Shown here piece by piece: positions 32,350-46,023 of a stretch of DNA of 64,000 nucleotides. The DNA comes from Phaeosaccion multiseriatum. Lineage: Eukaryota > Protista > Ochrophyta, other classes. The translations under genes were made by a program, and so were the position numbers. The DNA is taken from the NCBI GenBank assembly GCA_965112735.1, contig OZ218950.1:2728001-2792000 (forward strand). Direction: 5' to 3'. Below the pieces are notes generated by a model. That model was not told the DNA's origin and searched no databases. It saw nothing but the letters and a program-made list of their open reading frames with translations. Position 1 is the stretch's first letter. Every line of letters starts with the position of its first letter.

Positions 32350-33149
32350 ATGGCTCCTCCGCCACGAGCAGTAGCCCCCGAAAAAGATCCAGACTGCGAG
32401 GTTGGTGCTGGGTGCGAGCGGGAGGAGACCTGGCCGTGTTGGCAAGCGCGCAGCCGAACATTCCGCTTTTAAGTGATTCTAACCCTTCCTTCCGTCCTCT
32501 CCTTCAGGATCCCATATGTTCTGACACGAAAAAAATGCTCTCCATGGCGCTGGGGGATGGCTTCTCCTTCGGTGGAGCCAAGCTAGACAAGCCAAGCTCG
32601 CAGCAAGCCGGAGCGGGAGGACAGAGCGGAGGGCCTCAGGGAATTCCCCGTGGAGCAGCAGAAGGAGCAGCAGTTGTAGCAGCAGCAGCGCCCCCCCGTG
32701 GAGCAGCAGAGGGAGCCGCAATAGTGGCAGAAGCAGCGGCCGCAGCAGCTGGAGCAATCGCGGCCAATGAAGCGGCCGCTATAGAGGCGGGTGCGGGGGG
32801 TGTGGGTGGAGGCTTGCCTTTGAACAAGAACGAAGTTGGCGATGCCACGTGGGCGCTGCTGCATTCAGCGGCCGCCTACTACCCAGACAAGCCGTCCGAA
32901 GAGGAGCAACGAGAGGCGAAGAATTTCATCACAGGCTTGGCCAGTATGTATCCCTGCGGCTATTGCAGAGAAGACTTCAAAAAGGAGGTCAAGAAGAGCC
33001 CCCCAAGGTAAGGGAGAAGGGCGGGGGCAACTGGAGAGGGGGGTCGGGGGGGTTGGTGAGTGCTGCTGCTGCTGCTGTGCTGCTGCTGCCACCACTTTGG
33101 ACGCGAATGGTTTCAACGCGCAGGCTCAGCCAATGTGCTGACACTGGCA

Positions 33150-33197
<48 letters not shown>

Positions 33198-33342
33198 CGT
33201 GTGCGCTCTCAGTGTGGAGTCTCGGCTGGCCCTGTCTCTGTGGGTCTGCCAGCAACACAATATAGTGAACAAGAAGCTCGGCGCCAAGACAATAGAGTGT
33301 GAGATCGGGTTGCTGGACAAGCGCTGGAGGAACAAGAGGTAA
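32350..33342 (+). CDS. ERV1: Erv1/ALR FAD-linked sulfhydryl oxidase
   Basis: Exons 32350-32400, 32508-33007, 33213-33342. VGDATWALLH..YP, YPCGYC, WVCQQHNIVNKKLG..C..LDKRW; N-terminal CEDPIC pair. Confidence 0.92.
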
Positions 33343-33420
33343 CCAGCTCTGGGTGGGCCAAGAGCATTGCCATTGCCCTTGTATGTAAGGTTCATTTGTC
33401 AAAACTTAATCGCAGTGTCT

Positions 33421-36400
33421 TTAGGGGACTTCAGTACGCGTGGACGGTGGCGTGGTGGGCGGTGGTGCCGTGCTCTGTTTCGCCAAGAGGAGAGAAGCTC
33501 CGAGCTTTCGCGTGACCATCTGGAGATCGAGGCCCAGTCTCTGGTACACGCCAGCCACGGCATTGGCGGTTGCCTCGTCATCAACCGTGTACGCCTGGTG
33601 TTGCTGCGACTCCTGCAAGACTTTGCTCAAGTTCCCCACATCCCCCAGGGTGGACAGGCTCAGTATCACTTCGTTGATCAGCCCAGTGTCTATGCCTGTT
33701 CCAAACCCGCTGCCGCCGCTACTTCTACTACTACTTCTGCTGCTCCTACCGTCGCCCACGTCCTCCTCCTGGTCAGCATCCATAGCCATCCGAGCCCAAG
33801 CCTCGCGCATCAACGTGAGGCAGTCTCCCATGAGCCCGTCTCTGAAATAAGCCCTTGCCATGATGGAGTAGGACCTGGAGTTGGCACGCACCACCACATG
33901 GTCCTGCTGCTGTATCACCAACTGCTGCTGTGCTTCTGCTCCTACTGCAGCAGTGGCAGGGGGGGCAACAGGGGCAGCAGGAGCAGGAGCGGGCATGCGG
34001 CTCCTCATGTGAAGGAGGAAGAGGTGGGCGGCCTTACCCACGTAAAAGTTGTCGGTATACACCTGGAGCATGGCGTTCCACACGTCGATGGGCGCCGCAC
34101 CTCTCTCCACCCCTCCTCGCCTCCAGGCGTTGTTGTTCTTCCCCGCTGTCCCGCCGCCACTGGTACCGTCTTCCGTCCCGCTGCCCCCCAAACGGTTCTC
34201 CTCTGTCATCGAGCGGTACTGTTGGAACAAGACCTTGGCAGTCTCCACCTCCCCAACCGCCGACAGCGACTTCAACACAATGGCGTAGTCAGCAGGGTGA
34301 CCCGCCAGGCCCTTCTCAGTGTACATGTCCATCAGCACGGCGGCCGCAGCAGCACTGTCCCCATCCACCACGTGTGCTCTCACGAGGTTGTGAAAGGTGA
34401 AACCGTCGGGCCTCCACCCCGCTTGCTGCATCTCCTTGTAGAGACGCTTGGCCTCAGCCACCTTACCCACCACAGCCGCCGCTTCAATCACCGAGTTGTA
34501 CGTCCAGAGGTCTGGCTTCACTCCTCCTCCTCTCTCTCCTCGTGGCGACGACGCGACTTCCCCCCCGCCTTTTGCTGCTGCTCCTCCTGCTGCGCATTGT
34601 GGAATATACTCTGAAATGACTTTGCACGCCTCGTCAAAGAGTAACTGAACGGAGTCCTCAGGGCTCATAAACATCACCTCCTGCGCGTCAGGGCTGTGCC
34701 TAAGAGTAGCATCCGCATCGCTTTCAGCAGCGGCTTGTTCGCCCAGTCTGGCCAAGAGAGAGACGGCACGGAGTACCTGGGGGAGCATTTGTCCGCCCTT
34801 GGCCATGACCATCGCCTCGGTGATGGCCTGTGTTGTGTTGTGTGCCGGACCATTAGAGAAAAGAGAGAGGACGCAAGTGACTGGGGTAAGCTTCCGGAAG
34901 GGCAGGCAAGTGGGCGTGCTTGTACAACACATGTGCATCAATCTCCCCTTCTCTCTCTCTCTTGTTCAGCCAGAGCCATCCTAACCAGCCCTGTATCTCT
35001 CCACTTTCTCCAACTTACATTCAAGAGCGCATTGAATGCCACCGCCGACGGCCTCAACCCCCGCTCGCACCGGAGGGCCACAAACTCCTCGATGCCCCTG
35101 AAGGGGTCGCCGAGCTTCACACACGCATCCACCAACAGCGTACACGTGAAGTTGTCTGGCTCCACTCCATCCTCAATCATCTCTCTCAGAGCTCCCAGCA
35201 CGCCATCTAGCGACCCTTCTCCTCCCCGCAGCGACGAGACGGAGTGCCCACGCAGCAAGATATTGTACGTTGTGGTCAGAGCCTTGCTGTCGTGGAGAGC
35301 GGTGCTCTCTCTCATACGCTGGCGCACCTCGTAGGCCAAGGCCAGCTGCCTCTCTCGGCAGCAAGAATCTATGATGGTGTTGAACGTGGTGAGGTCAGGT
35401 TTGATGCCAACCGAAGCCATCGTGTCCAGCACTGCCACGCTCTCGATCACCTTGCCCCCACACGTCCGCAGGACCTTGACATAGGAGTTGAAGACTGTCA
35501 AATCGAGCTTCGGGAGGAAAGCTAGAGCCCCCGCACCACCACCCTCGGCGTCTTTCTTCAGTGCCGCGTCGTGAAGCTCACTGGCGAGTAACTGTTCCAT
35601 AAGGGCCACACCTCTGTCGGGGTCACCACCCGACACGCAGGCTTCAAGCAGCACGCTGTAGGTAAAGGCGTTGGATGTGACTCCGTAGGACGTCTCCATC
35701 AAGGCCAGACAGTCAAAGGCCTGTTGAAGGAGACAAGCAGAGGCGGCGAGAAGGGAAGGTGGCAGTGAGTGTGTGTTGGTTGATCACACCACACAGAACG
35801 CTCTTACTCCCTTCTCCACCCCCTCCCGTCCTGTCTCACCCCCAATGACTTGCGACAGAAGATTCCCGTCTCCAGCCCTCCCTTCCCCCCTTCTCCCTCA
35901 CCTTCTGCACCTCTCCCTGCATGCCGTAACCCTTGAGCATGAGGCTCATGGTGTGCATGTTGGGGCGGAGTCCGTCGAGCGACATGGCCCCGACCAGCGC
36001 CTCAGCGTGAGCCATGTCCCCGCTTTGGGTGCAGATGTTGACGAGCGTGTTGAGGGTGAACATGTCCACGCCGACCCCGCCTGCGCCCCTCATGGAGTCT
36101 ACGAGCTGCAGAGGGGCGCAACAGAGCCAGGAAGGAAGCAGGAGGACAGAACAAGAGGAAGAAGAAATAAGAAAAGGGGGGGAGGGTAAGGGAATGGTAC
36201 AGCGTTTGTGGTGCCTGGATATAGACACCGTTTGTCTTTTTCTCCTCCTTCTCCTTCTCCTTCTTCTCTTCCTCTTCGGTGGCTGCGTACCTCCAGGGCC
36301 TCTTTGAGGTGCTTGCTTTCTCCCGCCAAGGCTGCTGCGCGGGCTTGTCTTTTCCCGCGCGCCCCGCCCTTTTTGCTTTTCAAGTACCGCTTCAAGAGGG

Positions 36401-37004
36401 TATTGTAGCTAATCAGGTTGGGCTCCACCCCCCCTCCTGGGCCCGTAAGCCTAGCCCACATGCTGTCTATCACGTCTTGCTCGCACCGGCACCGAAGGCA
36501 TGCGTTGATGAGCGTGTTTAGCGTGTACACATTGGGCTGAACGCACTTCTCCAGATCGACGAGCGCCTCATTCACAGCAGTCATGTCCCGCTGCATGCCC
36601 GCCCTCTCGATGGCTTTATTCAGGGCCATGATTGGGAGAGGGGCCGCTCCTTCTCCTCGCCCTCCCCTACCGCGGACGCCGCTGCCGCCTGCCCTTCCTC
36701 GTCGTCCACCTCGCCCACCCCTCTCCTCGCGCTCCAGCACCGCGGCGGTTCCAGCAAGAGCACCATCACGCGGTTGCCCCTCTAGCCGCCGCTGCTGCTG
36801 GTATCGGAAAGGCGTTAATGAGCCGAGGGCCGCCCGCGCCGTTTGCGGGGGGGCAAAGGCATCCGCCTTCCAAGCTTGGCTCAAGGAAAGCCAACAGCAG
36901 CACACCCTTGCTTGTCTTCCACGTTTTGTCCTCTTCTCCTGCCGTCGCCGCCACTGCTGCTGCGGCTGCTGCCGCAGCTTCTTCCCCTCCTGGTCCACAC
37001 CCAT
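33421..37004 (-). CDS. Pentatricopeptide repeat (PPR) protein, plastid-targeted
   Basis: Four exons. Many PPR motifs (PNVYTLNTLINAC, PDLTTFNTIIDSC, PDLWTYNSVIEA); ADA|FAP targeting motif. Confidence 0.92.
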
Positions 37005-37135
37005 GTTCAGGAAACAGCCCCCGCTTGCTCAGGGGAGGGCAGTGTGTGTGGAGGAGAGGAAAAGGGAAAGGCCCCCAACAAGCTGAAACTGCAACGAGCA
37101 TACTCACTCTCGATATCCACTCTCCAAAGGGCAGC

Positions 37136-37978
37136 ATGATGCTCGCACTCTGCCTTGTGGTTCTCTGTGCGCTGTGTCCTGGGGCGATGGGATGGGGCTT
37201 CAAGAAGCCCCAGGCTCTTCAAAAGGAAGAAGATTTCTCCCCTCCCGACTGGGCTTTTGTGAAGAAGTGGGACGTGGAGAGGTCGATGGCGTACAGTAAG
37301 GACAAGGTAAGTACAAAAGAGAGGTAACCTCGCCACTTTGCATAGCTTGCACGGGGTCTTTATGGGGGGAAAGAGAAAACAAGAGAGCAACTTGCTCCTT
37401 TCCCTTACCCAAATTCCCCTCCCTCACTCAACCACCCTCTGCTCGCAGCCTTTAGAGGGGAAGGGGCACCTATCGCTCGACACAGACTATTCGGGGACCT
37501 TCTCAACGGGGGAAATGGGGAGGTGGAGGCTGGAGAAGACGGGGCGGGCAAGCTTGTGGATCCTCGAGATTCCTAAGGGCTCAGGGATTGTTTCATACGA
37601 GGTAGGCTGGGATGAGCACTTGGGGCGTGTGAAAGGACCGACGGGGACGGGAGTCTGGGTCGGGGAGACTTTTGCCATCTTGATAGAGCGCTGGCCCCGC
37701 CTCACTCAATCTGGAGCCGACTGGGCTCAACTCGGATGTCGTCCTACCCAAACTGCTTGCATCTCCCCTCCGCTCACCGATGTTCGCCCCCGATGCCGTG
37801 GTGACTACAGATGATGGTGACGAGGGGCAAGCACCACAAGACGTCAATCACCTTCGGGAAGGGGAAGATCTTCTTTGTGGATCCAAAAGACCCAAAGAAG
37901 AACAAGCGGCCAATCGGCAACTTTGGTATTGGTATTGAGCCCCTCAAGCCTTTGATAGACACCAGCTTCAAAGTATAG
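37136..37978 (+). CDS. Small hypothetical protein with signal peptide (possibly plastid)
   Basis: Exons 37136-37306, 37449-37601, 37811-37978 in frame. MMLALCLVVLCALCPGAMG|W. Confidence 0.7.
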
Positions 37979-38591
37979 CACCAGTGCAGTGCAGTCCCTA
38001 GCCTATGGGCCATCTCTCCTTGTACAGCAGGACGGAGAGAGGGAGGAATTAGGTTCACTCACACAGAGCTGTGGGTGGTGTGGAGCAAGGTGTTGCTGCT
38101 GCCCTACTACGCCATGCGCGCACGAGGAGGGCAGGATGGCCAGCGTGGAGCGTACGATCCGAGGCTTTGTAGCTGCCTACCACCGTCATCGCTCAGAAGG
38201 AGGGAGAGGGGAGGTGATTTTGACTAGAAGCAACAGGACGAGTGGGCAGCGCTGGAGCAGAGCATGGTGGCGGTCTGTGACATGGATGGAAAGAGGCTCT
38301 GCTTCCGCTGCCATCGTTCGGGACTTGGAGCTTTGTTGACCCGTCACCCTCCTGGATATGTCGTGGGGCTTGACAGCATAACTGACCGGGTCGCCCTTAT
38401 TCCGTTCGCCTTTGTATGTATATATATATATGCGAGTCTTCCCACCCACCTTGGGTTCGTGTGGCTGCAATGGGCAAGCGAGTCATAGAGTAGTCAACAA
38501 AAGTCATCAAGTGCCTAGCCCGGTGTTCGCTTTGCTTTTTTAAAATTAAAAGCAAACACTCGCAACCCAGCAACTCTACTTGGCGGTTCAC

Positions 38592-39207
38592 TCACTCCAG
38601 CGGCCGGCCCTCCTTCACTAAATCGTGCCACCACGCCCTTTCCAGCGCAAAGCTGAAAGTCCCCTCCCCCAACCAGGGCGGCCGTGGAAAGGAGAGCTTG
38701 CACGCCTGCAGAGCCAGGTTGGGGCACACGGCGAAGGCAGAGGGGGGCCTCGGCTTTCCATCCTTGTCAAGCTCAGTAGCCTCGATCCGTTGGGCATACA
38801 GCGCGTCGCCAGCGATTGGGAAGCCTTCCTCGCCGAACATGCCGCGGATTTGATGCGTCCTTCCTGTGAGCAGCTGTACCTCCACCTCGTGCAGTTGCGT
38901 ACCCCATAGACTCGCATCGAAGGAGCGCACTTGGCTACTGTTACCCTCCTTGGCACCAGCCTGGGCCTGGTCATCGTCGCCCCCCTTGACATCCGCTTGG
39001 CTGCCGTCTCCCGCCTCGACACTAGCACTGACAGGCTCCTCTTTGAGAACGTAGTCCTTGACTGAGACGACGTTCATTCGGCACTCGGCCCACCCTTCCC
39101 CTGCCTCGTGTACCTTGCGGTACAGCTTTGGCGACCTCTTTGATGGCAGGAGGTATTGAGTCAAAAGGCCTGGCCGAGGACTCTCCTGCTGCTGCTGCTG
39201 GTGCTGG

Positions 39208-39242
<35 letters not shown>

Positions 39243-40195
39243 GCCCTGGCTCTGCTCAGCTTCCACTGCCTCCCGGTAGGAAGCTCCACCATCATACCAG
39301 TGCCCCGCTGAAGGAAGAGCCGCAGGGTCTGCCACCCTATGGCGAGGGCGTACAAGGGCGCGGTAGTACTTGTTGATGGGGCTGCCCTCTCCGCTCCTGG
39401 AGCCCACCTGCGGCCCGCCTCCTTCCCGTAAAAGGCCCCCAAACCATTTCAAAAACTCTTGGCTTCTCGACACAACGAGGAGGCCAGACGTATCAGTGTC
39501 GAGGCGATGCCCCAGTCGCAACTCTTCCGTGTCCGGCAAAGCTTTTGAGAGGCAAGCGAGGACGTTCTCGTTGAGGTTGTCGACCATGGCATGGCAAGGG
39601 AGGCCGGCTGGCTTGTCCAGCAGCAGAAAGTCCGGCTCTATGACGAGCACATGCTTTAGTATGTTCTTTGGGGTCTCGTATCTGCGAGGGTTGGCGTATA
39701 TGCGCAACAGATCTCCCTCCTCAATCTGGGTCGTAGAATCGGTCACTCGCCGAGGCTTTGGCATTCCCTGCTGCTGATGCCATACCGCTGTATAGGGTAC
39801 GGGTTCGCAAGCAACACGCCACATGATCAGATGGAAGGGGTAGGGGGGGGGGTCATACGGGGGGCAAGTTTGAAGAGGGTTATGGGGTGCAATGGTTTCT
39901 CTCACCGCCTCTCACCTCCAAACTCTACAAGCTTGCTCGCCTTCTCCTCGCTCTTCCAGCCCAGCAAGGTGGCTACCTCCTTCCCCACCGCCCCGGTTGT
40001 CGTTGCGTAAAAGTGCTGCGTGAGGGGCTTGGCAGCGCCTGCTGTCTCGACAGCCGGAGGGCCAGTGGTGGCACTACTCGAGAAGGCTTGCGCGGACAAG
40101 GCTTGGGCCCTCCTTGGGACCAAGAGCATCTGCGTGAGGATGAAAAAGGTCCTTTTGGGAGGGAGGTGCAGTACACCTCCCCATCTTGCCTGCAT
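38592..40195 (-). CDS. RluA/RluD-family RNA pseudouridine synthase, probably organellar
   Basis: DKPAGLPCH, HRLDTDTSGLLV, KYYRALV, TGRTHQIR, PIAGDALY, LALQACKLSF. Two exons; start codon uncertain. Confidence 0.9.
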
Positions 40196-40799
40196 AGGTG
40201 CGCTGCGCGCCACAAAGGCATCAAGGGAGGGGGAGAGCGCAATGGGGCGCGGGCCTGTTGTAATCCGAAGCCATCTATGACATTACTTTTACCATCTTTC
40301 CTTCCTTTTTTTCTCACGGATTCACTACACTGTCCACGCAGCAACCCCTCCCAATGACTCCACTGGAGTCCCCTGTGGGGGAGGGGAAGTCTTGGGGGAG
40401 TAGAGAGGCCTGATCCTCGCCTCCCCTCCTCCTCCCCACGCCCCCATCTACTGGCCATCTGGTCATCAGAGGAGTATGCCGCGTGTGAGGATCACATCAG
40501 GTCCCGTAAAGGTCAACGTGGTAGCAGGCCCTTGGTGGAGGTTTAACTCGAGATCCAGGGGGAAGGGGGAAGTGCTAACCTAACCTCGCTCATTTTCGAG
40601 CCCCGCTTGGGCCCCGTCCGGTGAGCCCCGTCCGGTGAGACGTTCTTCTGTGCATGAAGCGCCTCGCAAGAGAGGCACACTTCTCCCCCCAGTGCGAGCG
40701 AGGACAGTACGACTGGTCATACCAGCTTATCCTTCGTAAGGACTGAGGGGGCATCGCTGAGGAGTGAGTCTGTCGGGCCGGCAACGTCTCAGGGGAGAT

Positions 40800-41973
40800 T
40801 CAGGACTTTGCCGCCGTAAATGCCTTTTGCAAAGCATTCGACACCTTCAGCAGGTCCGGCTTTCGTAGCTGGCCTGGTGGTTGGGGGGGGGGGAGAGGGA
40901 GAAGCAAAGGAGAAGACAGAATGAGCAATGAGCACAAAACTACTTCTCTCCTCCCCATAAAGACGGAGTAGGAGGAGGACTGACTTCAACATGTTGCTCC
41001 CTAATTTACCTCGCTGTCCCTCGATCATCACCACCTCCTCGTCCAGCTTCTTGTTGCTTCCGGCCTGAACCATAACCCACTCCTCTGAGGGGTACTGACG
41101 CATGAGATAACCCCAACCTACATGGCGAATGGACGATTGGAAAGGTCATCAGCAGCACATCACCACACTTCCACTTTCCCGACTCCCTCCCCCACAGATG
41201 ATAGACTGAATGAATAAAGCGTGCACCTGAGATTGGCTTGAAGTAATATACGGGATTCAGCGTGGCCCAGCCGTTGTTGAACAAGCCATTAACGACAATG
41301 ACTGGGCTGTCCTTGCTCAGTTTGTCGGCCAGACTCCACTGTGAAGCATCCCCGGGAGTGAGCAGGATCTGCACATCCTTCGGCCCCACAGGGGGCAGCG
41401 CCGCACCCCTCTTCGGAAACGTCATCACCTCTACCTTGTTGCTTTTGAACTGTGTGAGTCTTGACTTGTAGCCCTGGGAACAGCAGATGATATACACCTT
41501 CGATCGGCTGCGTGCGAGCGTCTCGGCGAGCTATACAAGAGAGGGTTGGGGTCGGGTAAGAGTGGCACTGATGTCGCATATACACTTGAGACACGTTCAC
41601 GTACCAATGTAACAAATTCAACGTTGCTGGCCAGACAAAGTTCCACGCTTGCCCGGCTCCCGTCATTCAGTTTGTTGAGCTGTGCCACGGGAGGGAAATC
41701 AACTTCCATTCCGACTAAACCTGCCTTGAGGCCGGCCTCAACACTCCTGACGGCTCCTTTCCTGATCTCTTCGAAGCTGCTTGGCACCTTGGGTGCCGGT
41801 CCCCTGTTGGATCTAATGGGCGGGTTGGTGGGTGGGGCTGGTATCTTGGATGGAGGTGGTTTAAAGAGAGAGTCGAAGAGGCCCATTTTCAGATGAAGCG
41901 TGCCGCTGGAGAAGGAACTAACACAGCAAGGCAGGAGCAAAAGGAGACCCTTAAGGAGCGTCATCTTGATCAT
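40800..41973 (-). CDS. Plastid-targeted DUF1995-like protein
   Basis: Signal LLLLLPCCVSS|F; PSSFEEIRKGAVRSVEAGLKAGLVGMEVDFP; PVIVVNG..PVYYFKP..GYLMRQYP. Four exons. Confidence 0.7.
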
Positions 41974-42169
41974 GTTTGCTTTGTTTGTTTGCGTGCCCCT
42001 CCTTCTCCTCGTTTGAGGTATGAGGACACTGCATTCGGTCGTCGACAGGACGACAGGACGTTGATTTAGTAGCTCTTAGCGAAGAGAGAGGGGTTAAGCT
42101 GGGTTGGAAGTTCGAGAAGACGTGTGATAGATCGGGTGGGGGTGGGAGGGGAAATAGGCAGAAAGAACG

Positions 42170-43195
42170 ATGGATGTGGAGGTGGAGGGGAAGGCCAAAG
42201 GCCAAAATCCAGGAAAGGATGCTGCAGCCGAGGCCGGCAGCGACAGCAGCAGCAAGGATACCGAGTGGGTATGGAGCTACGTGCTTGGTGTCCTGCTGGC
42301 TCTACTAGCGCTCCTCCTGCTGAACGACGTCATCGGCGAGGCTCGTGAGAACGAGCAGGTAAGATCCTTGCCCCCCTGGTGCCTTGGTCTCCCCAACTCC
42401 TCGCAAAACCTCCTCCTAAGCCCCTTCTCCTCCTGTCGCTACACCACCTCTCCCTCTTCGGGGAACATGTACAGTTTTTCTGGGAGAGGTACTATGATCG
42501 CGCGGTGCGGCAGGACGGTACGCACTGGAAGCTCGGTTGCAGGCTCGAAGACGTGGCCCAAAAGATCCTCGTTCAAAGGAGCTGGTTCGCCTCCCTCACG
42601 GCCACGGAGAAGGAGCATCTCAAGGGGAGCTGGCACCCCTTGGGGCTGCGGGCCTCGGAGCACAATGCGCCTCGACCAGGTGGAGGGGGGGAGGGCAAAG
42701 CAGCAGCAATACCAACAGCAGCGGAGGGGGCTAAAGGCGGCGCGGTGGTCATGATGAAGAACATGCTGGAGCAATTTCAAAACTCCAGCAATCTCTTCAA
42801 GGTTGAGTGCGCCTCTCGACCAGGCATTTACCTACAGGTCAGAAGAGGCCAGACTTCGATACCACGTTACCCACCCCTAAACCGAATAACACCCCCGTCT
42901 TTCTCACATCTCCTTTGTCTCCACCCCCCCCCCGCCCCCTCCTCCTTCCCCCAAACCCCTCCCTCTCGGGCTCTCATCCACGTGTGCCCCGTCAGATCGG
43001 TCCCACTGAAATGTCATCGGGGGCTGACGAGGCGTGCCGTGTCTTCTCCGCCGCGAAGGATCCCGTCGGTCCACACAGCCTCTTCGAGAAGGTGCGGTAC
43101 GGCTGCTGCGTACCATGTGCCGCTGACTCGCAAGCAGAACAAGTGTGCTTGCTTGGGGGGGGGGGGGGTGTACTAGTGGGTCTCCCGTCACGTGT

Positions 43196-43276
<81 letters not shown>

Positions 43277-45916
43277 TGTGTCTGTGTCTGTGTCTGTGTG
43301 TCTGTGTGTACGTACCAATGTGTGTGTGCGGTGTCTCTGTCTCCTGCGCGGCACTAGCTCAAAAACTCTTTTCCTTGTGTGGTTATCCATGCATTCATCC
43401 GACCGACCTCAGGTGGACTTGGACGACAGTGGAGGCTTCGGGTTGAGAGCACTGAGTAATGGCTTGTTCGTGGGCCTGACGCCAGCGCCGGAGGCCTCTC
43501 CTTGGGGACAGAGACAGAACTGGAAGGTCGGCATGAAGGGGCCGGTGCCGGGGCTGGGGGAAATGTTCCGTATCAAGGACGGTAAAGTTTATAGCGACTT
43601 TCTCAAGGGCTTCTTGCAGGTGAGAGAATGAATGTGAAAGACTCTTCACTTCTCTTTGCAGGAGGGAGTGGATGGAGGGCCACGCGCACACGTGTGATGC
43701 ACAGTAACCAAGCCTCTTCCCCCTCTTGTTCTTCTTCTTCTTCTTGTTCTTCTTCTTCTTCTTCTTCTTCTTCTTCTTCTTCTTCTTCTTCTTCTTCTCC
43801 CCTGTCCTTCCCTCCAAATCCAATCCCGCCCCCCAGTGCACAGGCACCGACGATGCGGAACCGCTGATGGGTGTGGAAGGCGCGTACCCCTCCGGCGACG
43901 CCAACACATACAGCTTTTCCTTTGTGCAAGCCTCCCCGGACGAAGTTATCCGAGGGGCCCAACTCCGGGACGTAAGTCAGCAGATGCAGCGCATGTGGGA
44001 ACAGAGTACCGATGACTACTTGGCAGCGAACCCGGCCCGACCGACCACCACGGTGACTAGCGGGCGCATTGCCATTGTTGTGCCTATGACCAGTAAGGGG
44101 ACGTACATGTGGAATATCGAGGACAGTCCCTTTTGGAGCAACCTCTTCTCCAGCTTCATGCTGTCCATCGACTGGAGGGAGAACCGCTTCGACTTTGAAT
44201 GGCATCTGGGCTTCGATAGAGGCGATACCATCTATGATACGGGAGACGCCTGGAGCGAGATGAGGGAGTGCTTCCACAAGCAACTGGGGCTCAAGACAGA
44301 GGAGTACCTGCGCATGATGGATGATGACTCTGTGGATAACATACGGGAGGTGCGTGGTGTGCATGTAAAGTGCGCAGGTGTGTCAGGCTGCTCGGCTGGC
44401 CGGTGCACTCATTCACTGGCTGGCAGAGTGGCTGCTGAGACATCGAATTGGGAATGAGTGACTTGCTGACGGACCGACTGATCGACTGACCTGCGTAGGC
44501 TCTCCTTCTCCCCCAAAAAGAAATGTGCTAATGGCCCTGGTGCTCTTCTCACTGTTTTCTTTCTTTCTTTCTTTCTTTCTTTCCTCCTCCTCCTCCTCCT
44601 CCTCCTCCTCCTCCTCCTCCTCCTCCTCCTCCTCCTCCTCCTCCTCCTCCTCCTCCTCCTCCTCCTCCTTCTCCTCCTCCTCCTCCTCCTCCTCCTCCTC
44701 CTCCTCCTCCTCCTCCTCCTCCTCCTCCTCCTCCTCCTCCTCTTCTTCTTCTTCTTCTTCTTCTTCTTCTTCTTCTGATTCCTTCACTGGCACAGACGAC
44801 AGTGAGTGATGTCTCCAAACGCGTTACCTTGAAACTGCATCACTTTGAGGACACTCAAGGTGCGCCAAGTCGGGCGGTTTCAAAACTCGCCGACCTGGCC
44901 GTGGCCAACGGGGCTGATTACGTGTATCAACTCAACGACGACACCAGCCTCATTACCAGAAATTGGGCCATCACGCTTGCCAGCGCCCTCGCTAACAGCC
45001 CCTTGAGGGCCAACTTGGGGGTGACAGGCCCCACAGACACCAACAACGCACGCATCCTCACGCATGCTTTTGTGCACAAAACTCATCTCGAGGTCTTCGG
45101 CTCCTTCTTCCCAGAGGTGAGTGCGTGCGTGCGTGCGTGCGTGAGTGTGGGTGTTTGTGTGCGCGTGTGTACGTGTATTGGTGTGTGTGTGTGTGCGTTG
45201 GCGGGGCAGGACCCAACCCTTTGCTTTTCTTTTGGGGAGGAAGGGGGTACAAACAGAGGAGGAGGGGAGGGGGGGCTGGCCTGTGACTTTAGGGGCACGT
45301 GAATGAGGTGAATGTCCCGCCGTCTCGTGACAGGTCCTCGTGTTGAATCCCCCCCGCCCCTTCCTCCTCCTCCTTCTCCTCCTCCTCCTCCTCCTCCTCT
45401 ACGTTGCAGCACTTCAAGAACTGGTGGTCGGACGACTGGATCAGCGGCGTCTACGGCTCGGATTTGACTCTGCGCGAGACTCGGGTCCAAGTCGTTCATA
45501 ACGTACACGCGCAGAAGACTGGGGATACCAACCGGTACACGATTGACTACAGCGCTCAGCTCTCGCTCATGAAGGAGCTCCGCGACGGTTACGTTCAGCT
45601 CAGTGAGTGGATGGTTGGCAATGGCCTTCCTCCTCCCATGGTCCCGGTGGTGTGCGGTTATCAGCCCTTGGCCAAAGACATCTACTTGCACTACGCCGAG
45701 AAGCACAAAGACAAGGAGGCAGTGTCTTTGCTCAAGGGGTTAGCGTCTCCAATGTCGGAAGGAGGAGGGGGAGGAGGAGGAGGAGGAGGAGGAGCGGCAG
45801 CAGTTGACTCGGCAGGAGGTGGAACATTGGATATCTATCAAGAGCCGAATCCAGTCGGGGAAGTCACCACGGACTTTTTTAGGCTGGACGTCGAGGAGGG
45901 AGGCGACGCGACCTGA
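42170..45916 (+). CDS. Type II membrane protein: fascin-like region plus GT-A-type glycosyltransferase domain
   Basis: Seven exons. N-terminal TM YVLGVLLALLALLLL; IAIVVPMTSKG..LGFDRGD..ADYVYQLNDD..GVTGP..ILTHAFVHKTHLEVFG..FKNWWSDDWISGVY. Confidence 0.7.
43203..43272. repeat. (GT)n microsatellite, intronic
   Basis: Pure GT run. Confidence 0.95.
44582..44776. repeat. (TCC)n(TTC)n microsatellite, intronic
   Basis: Compound trinucleotide run. Confidence 0.95.
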
Positions 45917-46023
45917 GTTGAGGCAATAACCCTCCTCTGAGAGCAGAGGGAGACCACACAAGGCGAGCGATGGGGGACGGGATTGACACCTCAACGGTTA
46001 CAAACCGCTGTTCATGCTGTGCT

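Noticed and set aside
33367-34614. 415-aa plus-strand ORF
   Set aside because: Antisense shadow of the last PPR exon in GC-rich DNA.
37989-38500. Short ORFs between convergent genes
   Set aside because: No recognisable motif or consistent splice structure; probably UTR or intergenic.
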